Shown here one piece after another: positions 46,078 through 54,745 of a stretch of DNA of 64,000 bases; within the stretch, counting starts at the first letter, position 1; each line of letters opens with the position of its first letter. The notes beneath the pieces were generated by a model. It worked only from the letters and a program-made list of their open reading frames with translations. It was not told where the DNA came from and ran no database searches. Position numbers and translations under genes: made by a program. Origin of the DNA: an uncultured Alphaproteobacteria bacterium (GTDB lineage: Bacteria; Pseudomonadota; Alphaproteobacteria; HIMB59; GCA-002718135); the NCBI GenBank assembly GCA_902597795.1, contig CACJZA010000005.1, forward strand, positions 12,082 through 76,081. The letters are read 5' to 3'.

Positions 46078-47733
46078 TCAACTTATTTGTGATTGATTAA
46101 TTTTTAATATCATATCTGATGCTTTTTCTGCTAACATAATTACAGATGCATTTATATTTCCACTTATCATATCTGGGAAAGAAGATGCATCTACTACTCT
46201 CAGATTGTCTATTCCTCTAACTTTAAGCTGATTATCAAGTACAGCCATTTTGTTATTACTTGAACCCATTGCGCAAGTAGATGCAGGATGATGCCCTGTT
46301 TGTACATGATTTCGAACTGACTCTTTTAAATCCTGATCACTTTTTATTTTTTTTCCTGGAAGTAATTCTTCCGAAACAATTTTTGCTAAACTGGGTTTTG
46401 ACAATACTTCTCTTGTATGCTTCATCCCTTCTATCATATCTTCCATATCTGATGGATCGATGAACCAATTTGGATTTATATTAAGTTCATCATTAGGATT
46501 TGAGCTTTTAAGTTTTACACTTCCTGTGCTCTTTGGTCTTAATAAATTAATTTGAAAGTGTAATCCTGGAAAAGCTTTTTTACCTCTAGAAAAAAATAAT
46601 GAACCAAAATTTAATAAATTGTCTAAACTCATAGACCAGTTATCTTTTTCTTCTTTAAAACACATAGGTGTCATGAACACTTGTATTTCAGGCATTTCTT
46701 TTTCTCTTATTGCATGAAATAGATTTGTTGACCAAAAAGGAGCAGAAGCTAATCCTTGTTTAAATAAAATATATTTTAATCCCACAATAATAGCTCTATC
46801 GATCCTTTGATATTTAGAGAAACTTAAATTGTTGTTTTGAAAAGTCCAATTCATTGGCATAACAGGATGATCATGAAGGTTTTCACCTACTCCAGGTAAG
46901 TTAATTAATAATTCTATATTTTTTTCTTTTAAATGTTCTTCTGGACCAATTCCTGACAACATTAAACATTTGGGACTACCGAATGCTCCTAAAGATAATA
47001 TTACCTCTGATGATGCATAAACTTCACCATTTGATAAAAGTAATCCTTTAGCTTTATTTTTCTCAATTAAAATTTTTATTACAGATGTATTTTTGTAAAT
47101 TGTTAAGTTGCTAGGTTTAAATTTCAAATAAGCTTCTGCGGATGATTGTCTTTTTCCCTTCCATACTTTAACGTCATATCGGCCTACTCCATTTAGATTG
47201 CCATTGTAAAAATCATTATTAATTTCTGCCCCAGCTTCAACACATGCATCAATAAATGCTTTATCGATAGAATTATAATTACCAGCTGGTGTAAGTTTTA
47301 AAGGACCTGAATGTGAGTGATATTCATTTTTTTCTCTATGAAAAGCTGAAGCAGATCTTTTGAAATATGGTAATACATCATTATATGACCAACCCTCTAA
47401 GCCCTTTTGTCTCCACCTATTAAAATCACCTGGAGCGCCTCTCATGTAAATCATACCGTTTAAAAGAGAAGATCCTCCTAGTCCTTTACCTCTAGGGTAT
47501 AAAATTTTTCTATTATTTAAAGAAGGTTGAGGTATTGACTCTAAACCCCAATCAAATTTAGGATTTCCAAAAATATATCCGTTACCACCGGGCATTTGAG
47601 TGAATAAACTTTTTCCTGAACCACCTGCTTCTATTAATAATACCTTTATATCTTTATTTTCTGATAATCTTGAGGCTAATGTACAGCCAGCAGAACCTCC
47701 TCCAGCTATAATATAGTCAAATGTTTTTTTCAT
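46078..47733 (-). CDS. GMC family FAD oxidoreductase (choline dehydrogenase-like paralog)
   Basis: DYIIAGGGSAGC..A.RLSE, PRGKGLGGSS..NGM.YMRG, GVGENLHDHP, HHPASTC.MG and SGNINA.VIMLAEKA. Confidence 0.9.
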   Translation of the reverse strand: MKKTFDYIIAGGGSAGCTLASRLSENKDIKVLLIEAGGSGKSLFTQMPGGNGYIFGNPKFDWGLESIPQPSLNNRKILYPRGKGLGGSSLLNGMIYMRGAPGDFNRWRQKGLEGWSYNDVLPYFKRSASAFHREKNEYHSHSGPLKLTPAGNYNSIDKAFIDACVEAGAEINNDFYNGNLNGVGRYDVKVWKGKRQSSAEAYLKFKPSNLTIYKNTSVIKILIEKNKAKGLLLSNGEVYASSEVILSLGAFGSPKCLMLSGIGPEEHLKEKNIELLINLPGVGENLHDHPVMPMNWTFQNNNLSFSKYQRIDRAIIVGLKYILFKQGLASAPFWSTNLFHAIREKEMPEIQVFMTPMCFKEEKDNWSMSLDNLLNFGSLFFSRGKKAFPGLHFQINLLRPKSTGSVKLKSSNPNDELNINPNWFIDPSDMEDMIEGMKHTREVLSKPSLAKIVSEELLPGKKIKSDQDLKESVRNHVQTGHHPASTCAMGSSNNKMAVLDNQLKVRGIDNLRVVDASSFPDMISGNINASVIMLAEKASDMILKINQSQIS

Positions 47734-47793
47734 TTTTTAAAAATATAAATTATACTAATAATTAATTTATAAGTAAACTCGATTAAATTAAAT

Positions 47794-48612
47794 ATGAATA
47801 ATTACAAAGATTGGATTGGAAAGAAAATTTCAAGATGTGATATTATTACTCCTCGATTAGTTGAACATTTAAAAAAAACAATCGATCAAAACTGTTTAAG
47901 TGATCAAACTGTGCCTGAGGGAATTTTTTTATGTTTATGCCTAGATGTGGCTTCAATAAATGATCTAGATAAAGATGGAAATACAAAATTAGGAATTTTC
48001 TTACCTGAGTTACCTTATAAAATTAGAATGTGGGCTGGTGGTAAAATAAAAATATTTGATAAATTTAAAATTGGATCTGAAATTAAAAAAAATTCAACAA
48101 TTTCAAGTATTGAATTTAAAGAAGGTAGATCAGGTAATCTATGTTTTGTTAATATTAATCATGAATATTTAAATAAAAATAAATTAATAATATCAGAAGA
48201 TCAAACTGCTGTTTATAGAGAAAAAATAAATAAAAACTCCATTACTCCTAAAATAAAAGATGAATTAAAATTAATCGATAAAGTAGAAATATTTAGTTCA
48301 TCAACTTTGCTATTTAGATATTCTGCTTTAACTTTTAATGGACATAAGATTCATTATGATGATGATTATACAAAAAATTATGAGGGTCATATGGGATTAT
48401 TAGTCCATGCTCCTCTTCAAGCAACTTATCTTTTAAATCTTGCTAGAAAAAACAATATTGAGTTCAATTCTTTTGAATATAAAGCTACAGCGCCTCTTGT
48501 ATATAACAATAATTTCTTTGTAGAAATTGGTGAAAATCAAGATGATGAAATTATTGGAAGAATTCTTAATGAAAAACAAGAAATAACAATGATTGCTAAA
48601 TATAAAAAATGA
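47794..48612 (+). CDS. MaoC/hotdog acyl-CoA hydratase, itaconyl-/mesaconyl-C4-CoA hydratase-like
   Basis: W IG....D, FLP......RMWAGG, K.GRSG.L.FV...H, E.Q..VYRE, LLFRYSALTFNGHKIHYD..Y...EG..GL.VH.PLQAT.L. Confidence 0.82.
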   Translation: MNNYKDWIGKKISRCDIITPRLVEHLKKTIDQNCLSDQTVPEGIFLCLCLDVASINDLDKDGNTKLGIFLPELPYKIRMWAGGKIKIFDKFKIGSEIKKNSTISSIEFKEGRSGNLCFVNINHEYLNKNKLIISEDQTAVYREKINKNSITPKIKDELKLIDKVEIFSSSTLLFRYSALTFNGHKIHYDDDYTKNYEGHMGLLVHAPLQATYLLNLARKNNIEFNSFEYKATAPLVYNNNFFVEIGENQDDEIIGRILNEKQEITMIAKYKK

Positions 48613-49934
48613 GTTTTCATAAAAAATTTTGTAATTGGGCATCACAAAAAAAAATTAATTTCAATAAGGTAACTTATAAAAGAGCAGAAAATGCATTCAT
48701 AGATACCCTAGCTTGCATATTATCAGGTGTTAAAGAAAAACAATCAATGGTTGCCTTAAAATACTGTTTAGAAAATAATAATTCAAAAAACATTAAGATA
48801 TTTGGAGGAGAAAAAAAATTATCTATTTCTGGAGCATGTTTTTTACATGGAGTCAGATCAGCGTCTATAGACTTTGATGATTACGAATACGTTGTAGGAT
48901 CTCATCCCAGTGCGCCAATTTTTTCAGCTCTTATATCTATTGCTCAAATAAAAAACATCTCAATTGAGGAAACATATCAGGGATGGTTAGTAGGATATGA
49001 ATTAATAATAAAATTAGGACAAGCACTTAGCTATGATCATTATTATAAAGGATGGCATTCAGCAAATACAATAGGCGTTATTGGAACTGCTGCAGCAGTA
49101 TCTAAAGTGTTAAAATTAAATGCAGATCAAATGGCAAATGCAATTTCTATTGCAACAAGTTTTTCATCTGGTTTAAAACAGCAATTTGGCACAGATATAA
49201 AAGCTTTTCATGTAGGATTTGCTTCTCAAGCTGGGGTGCAGTCAGCCTTACTTGCGAAAAATGGAGGGACAGCTAATCAAGATATTTGGAATATTGAGAG
49301 AGGATTTATTGAATTGTATGGTAGTAAATTTTCTAAAAAACTAAATAATAATTTTAAAAGATCAGAGTTAGGAAATGCAATAATTAAATTTCCAAATTTC
49401 ATTAAGTTTTGGCCAGTTTGTAGTTATTCACAAAGAGTAATACAAGGAGGATTAATTTTAAATAAAAAAATTTTTATAAAAAAAAATATTAAATCTATTT
49501 CAATTGAGTTTCCAGAACCTTGGTTCAGAGTATCAAAATTTCATATACCTAAAAATTCTACTGAAGCTAGATTTTCATTAAGTTATTGTTTAGCAACTGC
49601 TCTCATTAATGGCAAATTTGATTTAAGTAGCTTAAATATTTCTAAAAATAAAAAAAGTTTAAAATTGACTAGAAAGATTAAACTAATTACTTACAAAGTG
49701 CCAAATAATTTTGAAGATTATGATCCTAAGTATCCTGATATAATTAAAGTAATAATGAATGACGGAAGTATATTGATTGAAAAAATATCACATATTAAAG
49801 GAGGGAAAAATAACCCTTTAAAAGACGAAGATATTGATAATAAATTTTTAATGTGTGGAGGTAAAAAAAATATTTTAAATAAAATAAGAAATCAAAAATA
49901 TAAGAAGAAAAATTTAAAAGAAATAATTTTTTAA
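48609..49934 (+). CDS. MmgE/PrpD family protein
   Basis: DTLAC...G, DFDD......HPS, GYE, HY.KGWH...T.G, G.K.QFGT..K.FH.G.A..AG and EARFSL.Y..A.AL. ATGA overlap with the hydratase. Confidence 0.88.
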   Translation: MSFHKKFCNWASQKKINFNKVTYKRAENAFIDTLACILSGVKEKQSMVALKYCLENNNSKNIKIFGGEKKLSISGACFLHGVRSASIDFDDYEYVVGSHPSAPIFSALISIAQIKNISIEETYQGWLVGYELIIKLGQALSYDHYYKGWHSANTIGVIGTAAAVSKVLKLNADQMANAISIATSFSSGLKQQFGTDIKAFHVGFASQAGVQSALLAKNGGTANQDIWNIERGFIELYGSKFSKKLNNNFKRSELGNAIIKFPNFIKFWPVCSYSQRVIQGGLILNKKIFIKKNIKSISIEFPEPWFRVSKFHIPKNSTEARFSLSYCLATALINGKFDLSSLNISKNKKSLKLTRKIKLITYKVPNNFEDYDPKYPDIIKVIMNDGSILIEKISHIKGGKNNPLKDEDIDNKFLMCGGKKNILNKIRNQKYKKKNLKEIIF

Positions 49935-49935
49935 T

Positions 49936-50796
49936 TTAGGTATTTTTTCTTTCTCTGTAAGCTATAAATATTCCAGTACTAATAATTATTGTTCCGCCTA
50001 AATAAATACTTAAAGTTGGAACCTCAGAATAAATTAAATATCCCATAATTCCTACAAATATAAAAGATGAGTATTCAAAGGGTGAGGTAATTGCAACATC
50101 TGCGTATTTAGCTGCTTGAGACATAAATAAATGGCCTAGTGATCCCATAACACCTAAACTCATAGCAAAAATTAATTGAATTCCATTTGGCATAATAAAA
50201 TTATCAGGGAAAAATATTATTGACGTAATTAATAATGCAAAAGAGTAATAAAAAACAATTGCAACACTAGAATCAGTACTCATTACTGATCTAGTTGATA
50301 AATAAACAGAAGCCATAAAAGCTGCAGATATTAGAGGATAGAGTGTTTCTAATTTGAACAAGTCAGTACCGGGCTTAACAATTATTAACACACCAATAAA
50401 ACCAATTAATATTGCAGTTGTTCTAAAAATTCCAATTCTCTCACCAAGTATTGGTACAGCAAGGAAAGCAGCAATAATGGGAGCAGAATGTGCAATAGCA
50501 ATATTTTCAGATAACATTAAATGATTAATTCCATAAATATAGAATACAACACAAGCAGAAGCAGAAAGAGCTCGGATAGCATGTCCAACTGGTTTTTTAG
50601 TTTTTAACTTACCAAATCCAAAATACATTGCTAAAAAAGTTGCAATGATACTTCCACTTAGTGCTCTAAAGAATATTGATTCCCATACAGGAAAATGAAA
50701 GCTTAAATATTTATACGTTATATCATTTATACTTAGACAAAACATGGACAATAACATGAAAGAAATTCCCAAGAGATTATTATTTTTCGATTTCAT
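49936..50796 (-). CDS. EamA/DMT family transporter
   Basis: About 10 TM segments, with FFR, P.LGERIG..R..A..IGF.GVLII.KPG and PFEY. Confidence 0.88.
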   Translation of the reverse strand: MKSKNNNLLGISFMLLSMFCLSINDITYKYLSFHFPVWESIFFRALSGSIIATFLAMYFGFGKLKTKKPVGHAIRALSASACVVFYIYGINHLMLSENIAIAHSAPIIAAFLAVPILGERIGIFRTTAILIGFIGVLIIVKPGTDLFKLETLYPLISAAFMASVYLSTRSVMSTDSSVAIVFYYSFALLITSIIFFPDNFIMPNGIQLIFAMSLGVMGSLGHLFMSQAAKYADVAITSPFEYSSFIFVGIMGYLIYSEVPTLSIYLGGTIIISTGIFIAYRERKNT

Positions 50797-50846
50797 TAAT
50801 TTGTTAAATATACTAAGATAATTTATTCAGATATAAATATTTCAAA

Positions 50847-51986
50847 ATGAGTAGTAAATATCATGTAAAAAAATTAGAAAAAAAGAATGACCATTTAAGT
50901 ATTTTGTGGAAAGATAATTTTGAAAGTAAATTTCATTTTATGTGGTTAAGAGATAATTGCCCAACAGCAATACATCCTACTGCAAATATGCGAATCTTTA
51001 ATATTTTAACTATTAGTAAAAATATATTTCCTACAAATTATAAAATTGAAAAAAATAAACTCAATATTGATTGGAGTGAAGGTGATCATAGTAGTAAATT
51101 CAACTTAAAATGGTTAAGAGATCATTGTTATACCGAAATACATAATCGAGAATATAAATCACCTTATGTTTTTTGGGATGGTAAATTAAAAAAAAATTTA
51201 AAGAAAATTATTGTTGATCATAATAGTGTTATAAAAAATGAAAAACATTTAAGTAAATGGTTAAATTTACTTCATACTTATGGTTTTGCATTAATCAAAA
51301 ATGCACCAACTAGCAAAAAATCAGCATTCAAAATATTAAATAGAATAAGCCATCATAGAGAAACATTTTTTGGTACACCATTTGAAGTAATTAACATTCC
51401 AAAACCAAATAACACTGCTTATACTGCAGATGCATTAAGAAATCATACCGACTTACCTTATTTTGAATATGCACCTGGTTATCAGTTTCTTCATTGTTTA
51501 GTAAATGAAGCTAATGGTGGATTATCATCTGTTGTAGATGGTTTTGCAGTTGCAAATTATTTAAAAAAAAATGTAAAAGATGTTTTTAATATTTTAACAA
51601 AAACTCACGTTAAATTCAAAGATACTGATTATACTCAAAAAGCTATCAGAATTCTTCATTCACCAATAATAACACTTACAAAAGATAATGATTTCAATGA
51701 TATTAGATTTAGTATGGCTGCAATGGGAGCAGTTGATATTGATCCAAAAAAAATGAAAAAATTTTATGATGCCTACCAATATTTTGCATCATTACTTCAA
51801 AACAAAAAATTTAAAATTGATTTTAGATTAGAGGCAGGTGATATATTTTGTTTTAACAATAGAAGAGTATTACATGGAAGGACTGAATTTGATCCAAACT
51901 CTGGAAATAGACATCTTCAAGGGTATTATATTGAAAGAGATGAAATAATAGGAAGATTAAATTATTTTAATAATATTAAAGTATAG
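50847..51986 (+). CDS. Fe(II)/2-oxoglutarate dioxygenase, gamma-butyrobetaine dioxygenase family
   Basis: N-terminal WLRDNC domain, N.AYT...L..HTDLPY (HxD), PG.QFLHC, DGFAVA, NNRRVLHGR and RHLQG.Y. Confidence 0.85.
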   Translation: MSSKYHVKKLEKKNDHLSILWKDNFESKFHFMWLRDNCPTAIHPTANMRIFNILTISKNIFPTNYKIEKNKLNIDWSEGDHSSKFNLKWLRDHCYTEIHNREYKSPYVFWDGKLKKNLKKIIVDHNSVIKNEKHLSKWLNLLHTYGFALIKNAPTSKKSAFKILNRISHHRETFFGTPFEVINIPKPNNTAYTADALRNHTDLPYFEYAPGYQFLHCLVNEANGGLSSVVDGFAVANYLKKNVKDVFNILTKTHVKFKDTDYTQKAIRILHSPIITLTKDNDFNDIRFSMAAMGAVDIDPKKMKKFYDAYQYFASLLQNKKFKIDFRLEAGDIFCFNNRRVLHGRTEFDPNSGNRHLQGYYIERDEIIGRLNYFNNIKV

Positions 51987-51987
51987 A

Positions 51988-53418
51988 TCATTCCCATCCG
52001 CAGATAGTTTTAATTTCTAAATATTCTTCTAAGCCCCAATCACCCCCCTCTCTTCCATTACCAGATTGTTTGTAACCACCAAAAGGAGTTCCGGGTTCTG
52101 CACTATTTCCATTTATATAAACACCTCCTGATCTAAATTTTCTTGCTACTCTTTTTGCTTTTTCTTTATCTAGAGTTTGAACGTAGTTTCCTAGACCATA
52201 GGATGTATCGTTAACAATTGATATAGCTTCATCTTCGTCTTCAAATGGAATTATAGATAATACTGGTCCAAAAATCTCTTCTTTTGCAATTCTCATATTA
52301 TTAGTAACATTTGTGAAAATTGTTGGCTTAACAAAATAACCCTTTTCTAGTCCAATTGGTTTTTCCGGGCCTCCAGCTACAAGTGTTGCACCCTCATTTA
52401 TACCACTATTAATTAGATCAATAATTTTATCATATTGTGTTTTAGAAATAACTGGACCGATATGATTTCCATACTTAGAAGCAATATCAACTTTGATTTT
52501 ATTTGCTTCATCAGCCGCCTCCTCTACTGCTCTTTTATAGATTGATTTTTCAACTAGCATTCTTGTTGGTGCATCACAAGATTGACCAGAATTACTCATA
52601 ATATTCCTAACACCTTCTCTTACTGCTTCTGGATGTGAATCACCAAAAATAATATTACCTCCCTTACCTCCTAATTCTAAACAAACTCTTTTAATTGTAT
52701 CTGCTGCGTTTTTAGAAATAAGTTTTCCTGCTCTTGTTGATCCAGTAAAAGATATCATATCAATATCTTTATGAGATGATAGATCCGTACCTACACCATC
52801 TCCATCACCATTTATTAAATTAAATACACCTGGAGGGAAACCTGCTTCATGAATGATTTCTGCAAAAATGATCCCTGACATAGGTGCAATTTCTGAAGGT
52901 TTTAATATCATAGTGCAACCAGTTGCTAAGGCAGGTATTACTTTTAATGTGATTTGATTGATAGGCCAATTCCAAGGTGTAATAAGACCACATACTCCAA
53001 TTGGCTCATACACAATATAATTATTAGATTTTTTACTAAATCTTTTTTCAAATTCAAAATTTTTTAATCTTAAAATGAAATCATTAATATGATCTGCTCC
53101 TGAAGAAGTTTGTGCTGATGAAGACCAATCTAATGGTGCTCCCATTTCCTCAGATATTGTTTGTGTTATTTCATCCCATCTACTTTTATAAATCTTAAGT
53201 AAATTTTCTAGTAAAATAATTTTTTCTTTTTTATCTACCTGACTCCACGTAATGAATGCCTTTTTTGCAATATTTACTGCTAGATCTACATCTTTCCTGG
53301 ATCCTAAAGAAATAATTGCATAGGGTTTTTCATTAGATGGATTTATAATATCAAAATCATTTTTTTTTAAAGGCTCAATCCAACTACCATTTATATAAAA
53401 TTTACGTTTATCAATCAT
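51988..53418 (-). CDS. Aldehyde dehydrogenase (CddD/AldA-like)
   Basis: TPWNWP.NQ, KPSE.AP, SFTGSTRAG, LELGGK, NSGQSCDAPTR, EEIFGPV and PFGGYKQSGNGRE. Confidence 0.9.
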   Translation of the reverse strand: MIDKRKFYINGSWIEPLKKNDFDIINPSNEKPYAIISLGSRKDVDLAVNIAKKAFITWSQVDKKEKIILLENLLKIYKSRWDEITQTISEEMGAPLDWSSSAQTSSGADHINDFILRLKNFEFEKRFSKKSNNYIVYEPIGVCGLITPWNWPINQITLKVIPALATGCTMILKPSEIAPMSGIIFAEIIHEAGFPPGVFNLINGDGDGVGTDLSSHKDIDMISFTGSTRAGKLISKNAADTIKRVCLELGGKGGNIIFGDSHPEAVREGVRNIMSNSGQSCDAPTRMLVEKSIYKRAVEEAADEANKIKVDIASKYGNHIGPVISKTQYDKIIDLINSGINEGATLVAGGPEKPIGLEKGYFVKPTIFTNVTNNMRIAKEEIFGPVLSIIPFEDEDEAISIVNDTSYGLGNYVQTLDKEKAKRVARKFRSGGVYINGNSAEPGTPFGGYKQSGNGREGGDWGLEEYLEIKTICGWE

Positions 53419-53497
53419 ATTAAAAAAGTAATTTTAGATAATTATTCATTTATTTTTTTTTATATTAGAATAAAAGTATATACGACATGAGGAAAAA

Positions 53498-54745
53498 TTG
53501 GCACTAGAAAATATTAAACTCGATATAGATTATGTAAGATCGCAATTTCCAGCATTTAAGGATCCTCTTTCGAAAGATTGGTCTTTTTTTGAAAATGCTG
53601 GAGGGAGTTATGTACCAAAAAATGTAATTGATAAATTAACTGAGTTCATGACTGCAACTAAAGTGCAACCATATGCCGAATATCCAATGTCCAAAATAGC
53701 TGGCGAAAATATGGATAAGGCAACAGAATTATTTACAAAAATGATAAATGCCAAAAACAATGAGATTTTAATTGGTGGATCAACTTCTATCAATTTGTAT
53801 GTTTTATCAAATGCTTTAAAAAAATTTATAAACAAGGGTGATGAAATAATAGTAACTAACCAAGATCATGAGGCAAATATAAGCCCGTGGAGAAGATTAA
53901 AAGAAAGTGGTGCAAAAATTATTGAGTGGAAATTTAATTTAGATAACCATGAACTAGAAATATCTCAACTAGAGAAATTAATTACTTCTAAGACAAAGAT
54001 ATTAGCAGTGACCCATTGCTCAAATATTGTTGGATCAATTAATAACCTTAAGGAAATATGTAAATTAGCACATAAAAAAAACATTATTGTTATTGGTGAT
54101 GGTGTCTCTTATGCCCCTCATGGATTTCCAAATGTTAAAGAGCTTGATGTAGATTTTTATACTTTTAGTTTATATAAGACTTATGGTCCACACCTTGCTT
54201 TACTTTATGGAAAAGAAGAGATTTTAAAAGATTTGCCTAATCAAAATCATGAATTTTTAAATGGCAATTATCCTTATACAATTAATCCAGGTGGTCCAAA
54301 TCATGAGGAATTAGTCTCATTAATAGGAATATATGAATATTTTGAAAACTTATACTATCATCATTATAAAAAAGATAATCTTACTATGGTCGAAAAGATA
54401 TCTAAAATAAATCAATTAATTTCAGATCATGAAGAAATGGTATCTAACCCTATTTTAGAATATATTTTTAAAAGAGAAGATTTATTTCTGATTGGAAAAA
54501 ACAAAATTAAAAATAAAAATAGAGCACCAACTATTTCATTCACTTCGAAAAAAATTTCTTCAAAAAAAATTTCAGAAATTTTAGTAAAAAATAAAATAGC
54601 AACTAGAAATGATAATTTTTATGCATGGAGATGTTTAGAAAGTCTTGGGATAGACTTGGAAGATGGCGTTGTAAGATTAAGCATGACACACTATAACTCA
54701 ATGGAAGAAACTAAAAAATTAATAAAAGTATTAGAAAAAATTTAA
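53498..54745 (+). CDS. Class V PLP-dependent enzyme, cysteine-desulfurase-like but lacking the catalytic Cys
   Basis: VRSQFPA, FENAGGS, DHEAN..PW, HCSNIVG, DGVSYAPH and FSLYKTYGPH (PLP Lys). NFYA occupies the position of the SufS RxGxHCA motif. TTG start with GAGGA SD. Confidence 0.82.
   Translation: MALENIKLDIDYVRSQFPAFKDPLSKDWSFFENAGGSYVPKNVIDKLTEFMTATKVQPYAEYPMSKIAGENMDKATELFTKMINAKNNEILIGGSTSINLYVLSNALKKFINKGDEIIVTNQDHEANISPWRRLKESGAKIIEWKFNLDNHELEISQLEKLITSKTKILAVTHCSNIVGSINNLKEICKLAHKKNIIVIGDGVSYAPHGFPNVKELDVDFYTFSLYKTYGPHLALLYGKEEILKDLPNQNHEFLNGNYPYTINPGGPNHEELVSLIGIYEYFENLYYHHYKKDNLTMVEKISKINQLISDHEEMVSNPILEYIFKREDLFLIGKNKIKNKNRAPTISFTSKKISSKKISEILVKNKIATRNDNFYAWRCLESLGIDLEDGVVRLSMTHYNSMEETKKLIKVLEKI

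Noticed and set aside
22990-51986. Definite TmpAB phosphonate pathway (HD protein plus BBOX-like dioxygenase)
   Set aside because: The genes are 27 kb apart, the HD protein differs from PhnZ/TmpB outside the metal ligands, and carnitine genes explain the dioxygenase. Kept only as a hypothesis.
3867-53835. Short ORFs in the track overlapping longer genes (for example 3867-4064, 4540-4743, 12266-12463, 13017-13343, 13759-14025, 16758-17021, 19405-19710, 21678-21899, 24252-24482, 29512-29844, 29966-30178, 32738-32941, 35856-36071, 38345-38674, 39785-40006, 40305-40529, 45311-45631, 46281-46463, 48433-48645, 53608-53835)
   Set aside because: Antisense or alternate-frame shadows of well-supported genes, with no recognisable motifs.
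53498-54745. Call as SufS/IscS cysteine desulfurase
   Set aside because: The catalytic Cys loop is absent (NFYA), and there are no suf/isc neighbours.
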